Source of the DNA: Desulfobacterales bacterium
GTDB taxonomy: Bacteria; Desulfobacterota; Desulfobacteria; Desulfobacterales; JAHEIW01
Direction: 5' to 3'
Assembly (NCBI GenBank): GCA_050116835.1
Contig: JASFNW010000004.1
Location: 7,024-71,023, forward strand
DNA length: 64,000 nucleotides
Made by a program: the position numbers and the translations under genes. Positions 1 to 9,731 of the stretch are shown here, one piece after another; position 1 is the stretch's first letter, and the number at the start of each line of letters is the position of its first letter. The notes under the pieces were generated by a model. That model did not search any database. It was not told the DNA's origin and saw only the letters and a program-made list of their open reading frames with translations.

Positions 1-8
1 GCAAAATT

Positions 9-1475
9 TTAGCGAGTTGTTTTCACGTTGGGAGATATCGTGACATCTATGCGGCGATTCATGGCCCGGCCCTTTCCGGTTGAATTTGATGCCAGCGGGC
101 GCATGGAGCCATATCCGACCGCAATGATTTTTTCAAACGGTAATATGCCATTGGCAACGAGGTATTGACGGACCGCTTCTGCGCGTTGCTGAGACAAATG
201 TTCATTGATCGGTTCAGGCCCTGTGCTGTCGGTATGGCCGCCGATAATGACATCCGGCTCGCCAAAGGCCCGTATGGCGCGCTGGACTTTGCTCAGCAGG
301 GCATAATTATCCGGCATGATCACCGCCTTGCCGACGGGGAACTCAATGGTTTTCAGTCGGATAATCAGCTGATTTTCTCTTTTGTAGACTTCTGCTTCAT
401 GAGGTTCGAAATAGCCCCTGACTTCGCTGAAAAGCTGGTTTAGCTGTTTTTGGGCCGTCAACCGTTCTCGTTGCTGGCGGCTCTGGCCTTCCAGTGAAGC
501 GATCTTTTGCTGCAGATCGGTGATTTCCAGCTGCTGCTCTTTGATCTTTTTGGTTGTAAATTCCTGATCCTCGCGCTGGGCGGAAATGGTCGCCTTTATA
601 TTATGCAGTTGCTGTTCCAAAGGCTGATCGCGCATATCGGGTGCCGCCAGCTGGCCGGATGTCTGGTAAAGCATATCTTCGATGTAAAGAGCGATTTGCT
701 CCGGTGTCATCTGCTGGAGCTTGATGGCTTCCTTGGCGATTTCCATATGGCGGCGCGCTAGAAAAAGAGCTTCGTTGGCCAATGCGCTCATCTGTTCCTG
801 TTGGTATGGATTTTCAGTGATAAACGCATCAGCCTCCGCGAACTTATTTCTAGCCGCCGCATACGATGCCGGTGCAATTTCATCAGTTTTCTGCTTTTCG
901 GCCGCCCGAAGCAGGTTGCGCACCTGACCAATGGTGCGAACTTTTATCGATCTTATTTCCAGCTGGCGGAATTTTTCGGTTACTTCGGCCTGGTTTCGCT
1001 GAGCATAGCCCAGATTCTCCTTTTCGATGGCATGCGTGAGCTCTAAAAATTCTTCTTCGACGGCTGTATAATCCTTACCGAGCCCTGCCGCCCCGGCCTT
1101 GCGAGCCAGCTTGCGAGCTTCAATAACTTCAGGCAATGTGGCTTTGGAAACTTTTGCTATTTCTTCGGCGCGATTGAGCTGGGCCTGCCCGGTGGCGATG
1201 TTTTCAAAAATTTTTGAAAGCTCGGCCTCTTCATCCAGGAGCCTTTTGGCTTCATTGAGCGAGGATTCAGCCTGGGCAAACCAGGTTGGTGCCAAGACAT
1301 TTATCTTTTCGTTGCGGGCCCGGGCAATCTCACTGTCCAGTTTGTTGACCAGTTGCTGCGGATGCTCTGATTTGGGAATGGATTGAACTTCCAGTTGCCG
1401 GCCACCGCAGGCCGCAATCGCAAATATAGCCATCAGAAGCCACACGATTCGTAAATATGAGTTCTGTTGTGTCAT
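9..1475 (-). CDS. OmpA-family envelope lipoprotein with long coiled-coil region
   Basis: 488-aa ORF. N-terminal signal with lipobox-like AIAACGG. Long Gln/Glu/Lys-rich helical middle. C-terminal OmpA-like peptidoglycan-binding motifs GHTDSTG, LSQQRAEAV, NRRIDV. Confidence 0.8.
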   Translation of the reverse strand: MTQQNSYLRIVWLLMAIFAIAACGGRQLEVQSIPKSEHPQQLVNKLDSEIARARNEKINVLAPTWFAQAESSLNEAKRLLDEEAELSKIFENIATGQAQLNRAEEIAKVSKATLPEVIEARKLARKAGAAGLGKDYTAVEEEFLELTHAIEKENLGYAQRNQAEVTEKFRQLEIRSIKVRTIGQVRNLLRAAEKQKTDEIAPASYAAARNKFAEADAFITENPYQQEQMSALANEALFLARRHMEIAKEAIKLQQMTPEQIALYIEDMLYQTSGQLAAPDMRDQPLEQQLHNIKATISAQREDQEFTTKKIKEQQLEITDLQQKIASLEGQSRQQRERLTAQKQLNQLFSEVRGYFEPHEAEVYKRENQLIIRLKTIEFPVGKAVIMPDNYALLSKVQRAIRAFGEPDVIIGGHTDSTGPEPINEHLSQQRAEAVRQYLVANGILPFEKIIAVGYGSMRPLASNSTGKGRAMNRRIDVTISPNVKTTR

Positions 1476-1793
1476 TTTGTAAACCTCTCTCCTCCTTTAA
1501 ACCTTGAACTATGGATGAAAATTAATGAGAAGTTGTCATCGTTTTAATTAAAGCCGGTTGCGCAGGTCGGCCAAGTCCACCCCATTGCCGAGCGAACGAA
1601 CCGGAAATTCGATTTAAATATTTATTTTTACAAAATAATATCCTCAACGGCAAGCTAAAATTGCGACGTTCCAACCTCAATTATGATATTTTTTCGCAAA
1701 TATGTAAACCTGCAAGGTTGTCCTTTGACCTTTAAGATATTAAAATGTATGGTGCACAGGTAAGCCCAATACTATAGGTTAAGCGCTTTAGAA

Positions 1794-2531
1794 ATGAAAA
1801 CAAACTTTAGTAAAGATCTTATTCTTTCATATGCCCAGACGCATAATCGCTGTTTATCCTGCGGCACCGATGAAAATATGGGCAGACGAAAATACTGCTC
1901 CATCGATTGTCGCCAGAAACTGCGGTACAGTTTAAACATGCGCACGGGTTTGTTAAGAGCGCTCAGCACCAAGTATGCAACCTTTTATTTTACGACGTCC
2001 CTTATTTTTCTGGATGTGTTGCCGTATGGATCAACGAATATCTTCAGTTTTCTTTTACCGCGCAGCGTCGGGCGAAAACCGGTTGATGATTTCGCAATAC
2101 TGTGCAATGTGTTAGGCAGGGCATGGTGGGCTGAAAAGCGCCGGACCAACAAGCGCTATATCGCCACGCAGCATGTTTTGGAAAAAGCCAAGAATCACAA
2201 CGCCGGCTTTAGCTCAATCAAACCTTATGAAATTGTACAACCGGCGCGAATGGCGAAGTCATTAACCTTTCTTAAACTGGGCCGCGCAGATCTGGCATCA
2301 CCTGAATTGAAAAGAATCATTAAAAGCGCCTACAGACAGCAGGCCAAAACCCATCATCCCGATCAAGGGGGCGACGCTGCCGTGTTCTTGCGGGTTCAAC
2401 AAGCGTATGAGCAGCTGATGGATTGGGCGGAAAACCCGACATATACGCGCCGCCGAGGTTTTCCGGACAAATGGTTTTATGAAGGCAGTACTAATCGGTG
2501 GATACAACCCGCCGCCATAAAACTGGCTTAA
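1794..2531 (+). CDS. J-domain (DnaJ-like) protein with N-terminal Cys4 zinc-ribbon-like motif
   Basis: 245-aa ORF. C-terminal J-domain signature YRQQAKTHHPDQGGD (HPD tripeptide). N-terminal CLSCG...CSIDC. The middle region is not recognised. Confidence 0.6.
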   Translation: MKTNFSKDLILSYAQTHNRCLSCGTDENMGRRKYCSIDCRQKLRYSLNMRTGLLRALSTKYATFYFTTSLIFLDVLPYGSTNIFSFLLPRSVGRKPVDDFAILCNVLGRAWWAEKRRTNKRYIATQHVLEKAKNHNAGFSSIKPYEIVQPARMAKSLTFLKLGRADLASPELKRIIKSAYRQQAKTHHPDQGGDAAVFLRVQQAYEQLMDWAENPTYTRRRGFPDKWFYEGSTNRWIQPAAIKLA

Positions 2532-2655
2532 AACCGCATAATTTTCCCGATGGCTGCGTTACAATTCGTTTCAAAATGCTCGCGTATTATCGTATACGCT
2601 CCGCTTTTGAAACGAATCAAGCCTTGCCCTCGAAAAAATTCTACGGTTTTAAGCC
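2525..2655. repeat. Nested imperfect palindrome (about 130 nt), REP/MITE-like structured element
   Basis: Outer arms ggcttaaaaccg / cggttttaagcc. Inner arms attcgtttcaaaa / ttttgaaacgaat. Central gcgtat..atacgc. The left arm overlaps the stop codon of the J-domain gene (2529-2531). Confidence 0.7.
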
Positions 2656-2764
2656 AGTTTTAGTTTAAATTTTTAAAACTGCATTGTTTTCAAGGAAAAC
2701 GATCCTATTAGCAACTTATTTACTGTAGGATTGTTAAATTAAGCAAATCTTAATACTAACGGGC

Positions 2765-3871
2765 TTAACCGATGGCGGCGGCCACCATGGCCTGCACATT
2801 TTCCAGTTTGGCATTGGCCGGGATATCACAGCCGGACTGCAATATGAACCCCTGCGGGCCCAGCTGCCGGATCAAGCGGGCACAGTAGGCATAGATATCT
2901 TCGGGCGCCTTTAAAAACAGCATCGACGCCGGAACATCTCCCATAATGCACATGTGGTCGCCCAGAATCTCCTTAGCTTTGAAAATATCGGTTTCACCGT
3001 CAAGGGCCATAATACATTTTCCCCGCGGGAGTTCCCTGAACATGTTAAGCTCACGCGTCCAATCTGAATCCAGGTGCAGCAGCGCAATCAGACCGGCATC
3101 AACCACCTCAACCACCAGTTTGCGAAAGTAAGGCCACACAAACCGGCGCCACATCGCTGGAGATAACAGATACGGGGCCGCACGCCAACCGCCCACCCAA
3201 ACCAGCGGATACCCCTTTCTTTTTGCCCGTTGGATGGCCGCACCTGATAGATGGGGCCAGATGACTTCCATAACGGCTTCTACTTTTTCGGGTATGTCCA
3301 TCAGATCGATGGCAAACGCCGTTAACGAGCGTGCCCCGCACAGCAGTTCAATAGGTGTTGTTATATCGCCGCCGCTTAGCACGGGGACGCCGATAGAGCG
3401 CCACGCAGTGCGGACGTCGACCGGCCGTCGCTGCGGCGGTAGGTATTCCGGAGGCACATCGTCAAGAATGCGTTCGCGCATTATTTTCTGAAAAAAGTCC
3501 AACCATCCATGATGCAGAATGCGATCATAATCATTGCGATCCATCAATCGCGTTTCGGTTACCTGCCACATATCGTTTTCAGGCAAATCCACTCCCGGAA
3601 CGCGAACCTTTGACATAAAGGCATGACACAAACCATATGGCCAAAAGGCACCATAGTTCATCGCATCGCCATCACCCACCAGCTCAAATGCTTTGATCAT
3701 GGTGTCAAGATTGGTTTGGGGGGATTTGAGAAAGGTCGCCATCGGTGTCTGGGTGACATAGGCTGCAAATCCGGAATACTCCAGAACCACCGGTGTCCGA
3801 TCCGGCTTTTCCAGGGCAACAGCCTTTAAGATTCTTTCCAACCGCTGGTTGTATAGGGCCTCAATACGCAT
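2765..3871 (-). CDS. Uroporphyrinogen decarboxylase (URO-D) family protein, MtaA/CmuA-like
   Basis: 368-aa ORF. The N-terminus (RLERILKAVALEKPDRTPVV) and overall pattern are typical of URO-D-fold proteins of anaerobes. The exact activity is not assignable. Confidence 0.65.
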   Translation of the reverse strand: MRIEALYNQRLERILKAVALEKPDRTPVVLEYSGFAAYVTQTPMATFLKSPQTNLDTMIKAFELVGDGDAMNYGAFWPYGLCHAFMSKVRVPGVDLPENDMWQVTETRLMDRNDYDRILHHGWLDFFQKIMRERILDDVPPEYLPPQRRPVDVRTAWRSIGVPVLSGGDITTPIELLCGARSLTAFAIDLMDIPEKVEAVMEVIWPHLSGAAIQRAKRKGYPLVWVGGWRAAPYLLSPAMWRRFVWPYFRKLVVEVVDAGLIALLHLDSDWTRELNMFRELPRGKCIMALDGETDIFKAKEILGDHMCIMGDVPASMLFLKAPEDIYAYCARLIRQLGPQGFILQSGCDIPANAKLENVQAMVAAAIG

Positions 3872-3891
3872 ATTGTTTGGCTTTGTTTTTT

Positions 3892-3941
3892 ACCGCAGAC
3901 CCACCCGCCTCACCTTGCGGACTCGCTTGGTGGGCGTGGGG
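3892..3941. repeat. Imperfect GC-rich hairpin carrying the accgcagac motif
   Basis: accgcagac (3892-3900) is followed by cccacccgcctcacc, which pairs imperfectly with ggtgggcgtgggg. It lies between the ilvD stop and the URO-D-family start. The accgcagac motif recurs at 14773. Confidence 0.4.
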
Positions 3942-4008
3942 CGCAAAGTTCGCAAAAATAATCTGATTTTCCGGATGGACCAGACAGATCAATAAAGCTG
4001 ACTCGATT

Positions 4009-5682
4009 CTACCGGGAGAAGACAGCGCCCTTGTCTGCACTGGAAACCATCTGGGCATAACGGGCCAGATAACCGCTTTTGACCTTCGGCTCAAACTCGG
4101 GCAAAGCAGCGATCCGTTTGCGAATCTCTTCTTCGGTTAATTGAACGTTCAGGCTTTTTTGAGGGATGTTGATTTCGATGATATCGCCCTGGCGCAGGGC
4201 TGCGATCGGACCGCCGGCCGCAGCTTCCGGAGAGACATGCCCGATAGCCGCCCCCCGGCTGGCGCCCGAGAAGCGCCCGTCGGTGATCAAAGCGACTTGC
4301 TTGTCCATTCCCATGCCGGCCAGCGCCGATGTGGGGGAAAGCATTTCGCGCATGCCGGGTCCACCCTTGGGGCCTTCATATCGAACAACGATCACCTCGC
4401 CTTTTTTGATTTGTCCGTCCATTATGGCGTTAAAAACATCTTCTTCGGAATTAAAAATGCGGGCAGGACCCGAATAGGACAGCATTTCTTCCGCGACGGC
4501 CGCCTGCTTTACAATGGCGCCATCCGGCGCCAGGTTGCCGGACAGGATGGCCAGACCGCCGCCGCTGTGGACCGGCTTTTCAATTGAACGAATCACCGTA
4601 TAATCTTTCACACCGGCATTAATTTCTGCGAGCATCTCACCAACGGATTTTCCATAGACTGTCGGCGGTTCCGTTTTGATGAGCTTGACCTTTTGCAGTT
4701 CGGCCAAAATGGCTGGGATTCCGCCGGCATAAAATAGATCCACGACATGGTGAGGACCGGCAGGCGCAATAGAGGTCAAATGGGGCACTTTTGCGGTAAA
4801 GGGGTCCAGATCCCTGAGGGTTAGGTCCAATCCGGCATAATAGGCCAGAGCCGGGATGTGTAGCGCCGTATTGGTTGAACCACCCAACGCCATATCAGCC
4901 GCAATGGCATTGTGAAATGCATCTTCGGTCATGATGTCGCGCGGCTTCAAGTCCTTTTTGACCAATCCGACCGCTTTGTATCCGGTCTCTTTCGCCAGCC
5001 AGATGCGTTCCGAAAAAACAGCCGGCGCGCTGCCGTTATACGGCAGGGACATGCCCAGCGCTTCGGAAAGGTTGTTCATGGTATTGGCGGTGAACATGCC
5101 CGAACAGGAGCCGGCACCGGGGCAGGCCGCGCATTCATACGTATCCAGTTCTTCAGCAGACATTTTGCCGCTTTTGAAGCGACCGACGGCTTCAAACACC
5201 TTGTCCAGTCCGGTATCTTTACCCCGGACTCTGCCCGGCAGCATCGGACCGCCGGACAAAAAAATCGAGGGTATGTTCAGCCGGGCAGCAGCGATGAGCA
5301 TACCCGGTATAATCTTGTCACAGGATGCCAGCAGGACCAGACCATCAAAAGGATGCGCGACCGCCATGGTTTCGACGGTGTCGGCAATCAGCTCCCGGCT
5401 GGGAAGTGAATATTTCATGCCGTCATGGTTCATGGCGATGCCGTCGCAAATGCCGATGGTGTTAAAGACCAGCGGTGTGCCGCCGGCAGCGTATATGCCG
5501 GCTTTGACCGCATCCACCAGTTTATCCAGATGCATATGCCCCGGTATGATTTCATTAAATGAGTTGGCAATGCCGATGATCGGGCGCTCCAACTCCCAAT
5601 CCGTAAAGCCATCTGCCCGTAACAAAGAGCGATGGGGTGCCCTTTCGGGCCCTTTGGTCATCAAATCACTTCGTTTGCTCAT
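4009..5682 (-). CDS. ilvD: Dihydroxy-acid dehydratase
   Basis: 557-aa ORF with full-length resemblance to IlvD, including the N-terminal SxxxTxGxxRAPxRSLL pattern, CDKIIPG and the GRFSGxxxG region. Confidence 0.95.
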   Translation of the reverse strand: MSKRSDLMTKGPERAPHRSLLRADGFTDWELERPIIGIANSFNEIIPGHMHLDKLVDAVKAGIYAAGGTPLVFNTIGICDGIAMNHDGMKYSLPSRELIADTVETMAVAHPFDGLVLLASCDKIIPGMLIAAARLNIPSIFLSGGPMLPGRVRGKDTGLDKVFEAVGRFKSGKMSAEELDTYECAACPGAGSCSGMFTANTMNNLSEALGMSLPYNGSAPAVFSERIWLAKETGYKAVGLVKKDLKPRDIMTEDAFHNAIAADMALGGSTNTALHIPALAYYAGLDLTLRDLDPFTAKVPHLTSIAPAGPHHVVDLFYAGGIPAILAELQKVKLIKTEPPTVYGKSVGEMLAEINAGVKDYTVIRSIEKPVHSGGGLAILSGNLAPDGAIVKQAAVAEEMLSYSGPARIFNSEEDVFNAIMDGQIKKGEVIVVRYEGPKGGPGMREMLSPTSALAGMGMDKQVALITDGRFSGASRGAAIGHVSPEAAAGGPIAALRQGDIIEINIPQKSLNVQLTEEEIRKRIAALPEFEPKVKSGYLARYAQMVSSADKGAVFSR

Positions 5683-5741
5683 TTTTCCTGTTCCTTAAGA
5701 TGTTGTATGGTTGGAAATTTTACTGCATAGCGGAATGAATT

Positions 5742-5924
5742 ATCAGCAGCGGAGTCGTGCACTGTTTGAATGTATTAGGAAGCGTTGCGAAAGAACAGTC
5801 AGACGCCCCCTAACCGGCTTTTGGGTACGATGCTGATATTACCGCGAATATCATGTTTTAATGTTGATTGTTGTTCTTTCGCTACGATCCCTTATGCATG
5901 AGTTTGCACGCTGCAGCCGCTGAT
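5742..5924. repeat. Long imperfect inverted repeat (about 180 nt), MITE-like or structured RNA
   Basis: Three paired segments: atcagc.gcgg/ccgctgat, cgtgca/tgcacg and gcgaaagaaca/tgttctttcgc (5787-5797 with 5872-5882). It lies between the ilvD start and the upstream substrate-binding-protein gene end. Confidence 0.6.
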
Positions 5925-5954
5925 GATTTATTGCGCGATTCAAAATGGTTTTTA

Positions 5955-6959
5955 CTATTTTTCAATCGGTTTCAGTAATTTTTCCACGTATACCCGGACG
6001 GGGATCAGTTTCTGGGCCAGCATGATCTCTTCGGTTTGTTGCCAGGCGGCCGTATCAATTGTGCCAAATTCAAAATTCGCTGAAGGCATCATCAACACAC
6101 GGGTGGCCGGCAATTGCTGGCGGACGATCGCCTCAGGTGTTTCTTTGTTGTATTTTAATACCAGCGCAATTGATTTTTCTGTGTTGGCAGGGTCCAGTGC
6201 CTCCCGCCACCCCTGTAGCAAGGCTTTGATGAATTTCTCAACGGTTTCACGACGCTCTTCGAGCATTTTACGAGTGGTGACCACCGAGTTGGCCACAAAT
6301 CGGATGCCCAATTTGCTGGGATCCATCAAATCGAAGCGCTCACCGGCTTTTTGCAATTTGGCTCCGATAATGGGGGCCTGGGCATTGCGATAAAGGGGCC
6401 AGAGGTCGACTTTGCCCTGATAAAAGGGGGTGTAATCATAGCGCACGCTGTAAAGGTTTACGTCATTTTCCTGGATGCCGTACTTGGCCAGCAGCGCGCG
6501 CATGATGGTTTCATCATTGCCCCCATGGGTAATGCCGATAGTTAATCCTTTGAGATCCTGCGGTGTTTTTAGCGGTGTCTTATCCGGGCGAAAAATCCAA
6601 TGCAGTGGATTGATTTGAAATAGCTGGGCAATGACGACGATCGGCGAGCCTTTGGAAACCGCCCTGATCACCTGATCGGCTGAGGCAACACCAAACTGCG
6701 CATGACCCAATTCCAGCTCCTTGATAGCGTCTTTTTCCGGCCCCCCCGGCTTGACGTTGACCAATAGGCCGTTTTTTTTGAATAATCCGCTGTCAAGCGC
6801 GTATAGATCTCCGACCACGCTGATGTTGTACAGCCACTTCAGGCGGTAATTGACTTCTTCCAGGGGTTTTTCAGCCTCCGGGGCGCAGCCTGCCAGAATG
6901 AGAATAAGGATCATACCGATTACTGACAAACCAATCAGATCAAATAGGTGTCGCTGCAT
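5955..6959 (-). CDS. ABC transporter substrate-binding lipoprotein, NMT1/THI5-like (nitrate/sulfonate/taurine type)
   Basis: 334-aa ORF. Signal plus lipobox LILAGC. Family-typical pattern for an NMT1-like binding protein. It is adjacent to permease and ATPase genes. Confidence 0.7.
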   Translation of the reverse strand: MQRHLFDLIGLSVIGMILILILAGCAPEAEKPLEEVNYRLKWLYNISVVGDLYALDSGLFKKNGLLVNVKPGGPEKDAIKELELGHAQFGVASADQVIRAVSKGSPIVVIAQLFQINPLHWIFRPDKTPLKTPQDLKGLTIGITHGGNDETIMRALLAKYGIQENDVNLYSVRYDYTPFYQGKVDLWPLYRNAQAPIIGAKLQKAGERFDLMDPSKLGIRFVANSVVTTRKMLEERRETVEKFIKALLQGWREALDPANTEKSIALVLKYNKETPEAIVRQQLPATRVLMMPSANFEFGTIDTAAWQQTEEIMLAQKLIPVRVYVEKLLKPIEK

Positions 6960-7023
6960 GTATGGTCTCCTTTAGCTCACTTCGAATTTACCCGTTTTTG
7001 CGGATTGCTATTGTGTGCATAGG

Positions 7024-7773
7024 CTAAACACTGCCGATGCGCCTTTTAATTATTGTGCCGAGCCACTCCAGAAACACCAGATAGACCGATGTGCAAATTC
7101 CGATTAAAAACAGGGCAATCAGTATTTTGGCCAGATCACTCTGGTAGAGGGCGACACGGATACTGTAGCCGATACCCGCATTGGCTGCAATAAATTCTGC
7201 CACAATTGTGCCCACCATGGCCAGGGTGGCGCTACCGACAATCACCGTTATCAGTTTGTGGCTATTTTCAAAAGCCCGGATTTTGACCTGAAGTTGCCAG
7301 TTCATCCTACGGGTGGATTCAAAGAAGTGTTCGATTTCCGCCACCGGCTCCGACAGTATCCCGATGATCGATAGCAATAATGGAAAATAGCAGATCATTG
7401 CCGCTATAAGCAAGCGGGAGGAAAGGCCATCTCCCAGCAGAATGAAAATGATCGGCGCAACGGCCACAATCGGGTAGGCCTGAATATTGTAGGCGGCCAC
7501 GCGGATAAAAGAGCCGATCCAGATGGTTAAGCGTCCGATAATTCCCACAACGGCTGCCATGCAAATGGACAATACGTGACCCAAAATGGCAACCGACAGG
7601 GTATTGAGCACCGCCAGCAGGTATAGCCCGAAATAGCGCCGGCAGGTGACCCAGATCTCAGACAGACTCGGGATGACGTAATCGGATAAATTGAGGCTAT
7701 ATTTTACCAGCATCAGGGCGGCAAAGCCGATAAAATAGATTATTAAAAATTGATAAATACGTCTATGCAGCAT
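7024..7773 (-). CDS. ABC transporter permease
   Basis: Polytopic membrane protein. Start set at Met52 of the track ORF (MLHRRIYQF), giving an 11-nt overlap with the upstream ATPase gene. The longer N-terminal extension would run antisense-free into the ATPase CDS and looks spurious. Confidence 0.75.
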   Translation of the reverse strand: MLHRRIYQFLIIYFIGFAALMLVKYSLNLSDYVIPSLSEIWVTCRRYFGLYLLAVLNTLSVAILGHVLSICMAAVVGIIGRLTIWIGSFIRVAAYNIQAYPIVAVAPIIFILLGDGLSSRLLIAAMICYFPLLLSIIGILSEPVAEIEHFFESTRRMNWQLQVKIRAFENSHKLITVIVGSATLAMVGTIVAEFIAANAGIGYSIRVALYQSDLAKILIALFLIGICTSVYLVFLEWLGTIIKRRIGSV

Positions 7774-8455
7774 TGACGATCTCCAGCATACATTGCTCAA
7801 GACTCTTTTCTTGCAATGACCGACGGCCATCAAAATCCTGCCCTTGCAGTGAAACGGCCTGCGGTTGCTTATGGTGACTGCGCAGCACAAGGATCTGCTT
7901 GCAAAATTTGGCAACCTCAACCACATTATGGGAAATATATAAAAAGCAGCGATCGGGATACAGCGCCTTGATTTTCAAAATTATTTTTTCTTTGGTGATT
8001 TCATCGACATTGGCCAGACTTTCATCCATGATCAGCAGGTCAAAGTTCTGGAGCAAATAACGCGTCAAATTGGTCCGGTTTTGCTGTCCCAGGGACAGTT
8101 GTGCGAAGCGAGAACGCAAACAGGCCTCGAGCCCAAAAGAATCCACCAGTTCTTCGAGGCGCTCGCGGTTGGGCGGCGGCGTTATTTGCGTCAGGTGATC
8201 ATAAACACTGTACCATCCCGGAAGCCGTTCCAGATTATAGGTGTAAAGGACATGCTCCATTTGATGGATGCGAATATCACCGGAAAATTCTTTGATGGCT
8301 CCGGTAATCATCTTAGCAAGGGTCGTCTTGCCCACACCGGATGGCCCGAACAACGCGTGAAAACCAGGTTTGGACACCCGACAGCTCAATTGCCGGAATA
8401 CGTTTCTGGTCGATCCCGGATAGGTATAATTGATGTCCCTCAATTCGAGCCGCAT
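7763..8455 (-). CDS. ABC transporter ATP-binding protein
   Basis: Walker A GPSGVGKTT, signature LSLGQQNR, Walker B LLIMDES, H-loop ISHN. Confidence 0.85.
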   Translation of the reverse strand: MRLELRDINYTYPGSTRNVFRQLSCRVSKPGFHALFGPSGVGKTTLAKMITGAIKEFSGDIRIHQMEHVLYTYNLERLPGWYSVYDHLTQITPPPNRERLEELVDSFGLEACLRSRFAQLSLGQQNRTNLTRYLLQNFDLLIMDESLANVDEITKEKIILKIKALYPDRCFLYISHNVVEVAKFCKQILVLRSHHKQPQAVSLQGQDFDGRRSLQEKSLEQCMLEIVNAA

Positions 8456-8491
8456 ATTACCTCTGAGAATTGAATTAGACTTAAAAAGCGC

Positions 8492-9679
8492 TTAAATTTG
8501 AATCAACGACTGGTCTGTCAACGTCAGTCTCTTAAGGCCTTCGGCGGTCATCACATAGTCATCCTCCAATCCCACGACGCCGGTTTGGGGAAAAACAAAT
8601 TTAGGCTCCAGGGCCAGCACCATGCCATTTTCCAGTTGACCTTCAAAACGCGGGGAAATAATCGGGTATTCATCGATTTCCAGCCCGATGCCATGGCCGA
8701 TGAATTTGACCTGACCGTCTCCATATCCCATAAAAAATTCGGCCAGGCCCTCTTGTTGCGCCCTGTGAGTCGCTGCTTCGTACAGCTGAGCACATGAAAT
8801 TCCAGGACGGGCCTCGTCGACCAAAACAGAGAGAATATCCTGCGAACAGGCGTAGGCCCTTTTCAGGCGCTCAGGAAGCGTTCCGACAACATAGGTTCTG
8901 AATTGATCGCCGACATAGCCGTTGATCGCGACCCCGTAATCGACCCCAATGGGTTCATTTCGCCGTATCTTGCGAAAACTGGCGCCCTGAGCCATGGCCG
9001 GTGTACTACCGGTGCCGCCGTGAGGGCTGTTCAGCAGCGAGACGGTTGCGCCGCTGTCGCCGGCCAGCACGTGGGCGTGGGTCATTTCCTGGTTCCAACC
9101 GCGCATGCGCAGTGTGCCCATATGACCTTCCCGTCGGGCAATCATGGCCAGGTGCCCGTCGATTTGCAGCTCGGTCATGCCTTCGCGAATAATATTTTTG
9201 AGCTCCGTCAAACCGATGTGCAATACAGCGGCAGACTTTTTAATCTGTTCAATTTCGTAATCTGACTTTAGCATTCGCAATCTGCGGATGAGGTTGGATA
9301 TGTCCTTCCAGCCGCATTGCGGCAGGGATTGCTGAAACCACAGATACAGATTGGCCGGCAGAACATCCATTTCAAGACCGGCCCGCTCCAAGCGACTAAA
9401 GCCGAAGTCCGCTAAGACATGTGAAACCGCATTTTTATTTTCGACCGGAATGATATTTTGCAACGAAGATTCAAGCTCGGCCCGTTTGAGATTTTTTTGG
9501 ATCATCAGGAGGGGCTCACCGTGCGCGGGCACAAACAAAACAGCAGATTGTATGGTTCCGCTAAAGTAAAACAGATCGGCATTCTGCAAAATAAAGGCAC
9601 CGTCCAGCTGGCGGGATGCCAGTTGGGTTTGCAATCTTCCGATACGCTGATGTATTTCCTGGCGGGGGACGAGATGCAT
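8492..9679 (-). CDS. M24-family metallopeptidase (Xaa-Pro aminopeptidase/creatinase-like)
   Basis: Creatinase-like N-domain plus pita-bread C-domain pattern (HGIGLEIDEYP, LEPKF, EDDYVMT). The ATG at Met15 is preferred. The TTG at 9721 is an alternative start. Confidence 0.8.
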   Translation of the reverse strand: MHLVPRQEIHQRIGRLQTQLASRQLDGAFILQNADLFYFSGTIQSAVLFVPAHGEPLLMIQKNLKRAELESSLQNIIPVENKNAVSHVLADFGFSRLERAGLEMDVLPANLYLWFQQSLPQCGWKDISNLIRRLRMLKSDYEIEQIKKSAAVLHIGLTELKNIIREGMTELQIDGHLAMIARREGHMGTLRMRGWNQEMTHAHVLAGDSGATVSLLNSPHGGTGSTPAMAQGASFRKIRRNEPIGVDYGVAINGYVGDQFRTYVVGTLPERLKRAYACSQDILSVLVDEARPGISCAQLYEAATHRAQQEGLAEFFMGYGDGQVKFIGHGIGLEIDEYPIISPRFEGQLENGMVLALEPKFVFPQTGVVGLEDDYVMTAEGLKRLTLTDQSLIQI

Positions 9680-9731
9680 TATTTTTGCTTCATTTTTTTC
9701 CGATATTCCAGCATCTGGCAACTAATGGTTG

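Noticed and set aside
4931-5698. 255-aa ORF on the plus strand, plus the 4912-5409 ORF
   Set aside because: Both are antisense to ilvD, which is unambiguous.
7774-7926. 51-residue N-terminal extension of the ABC permease ORF
   Set aside because: It would overlap the ATPase gene by 164 nt. The extension is Cys/Arg-rich and not membrane-like. Met52 gives the usual short overlap instead.
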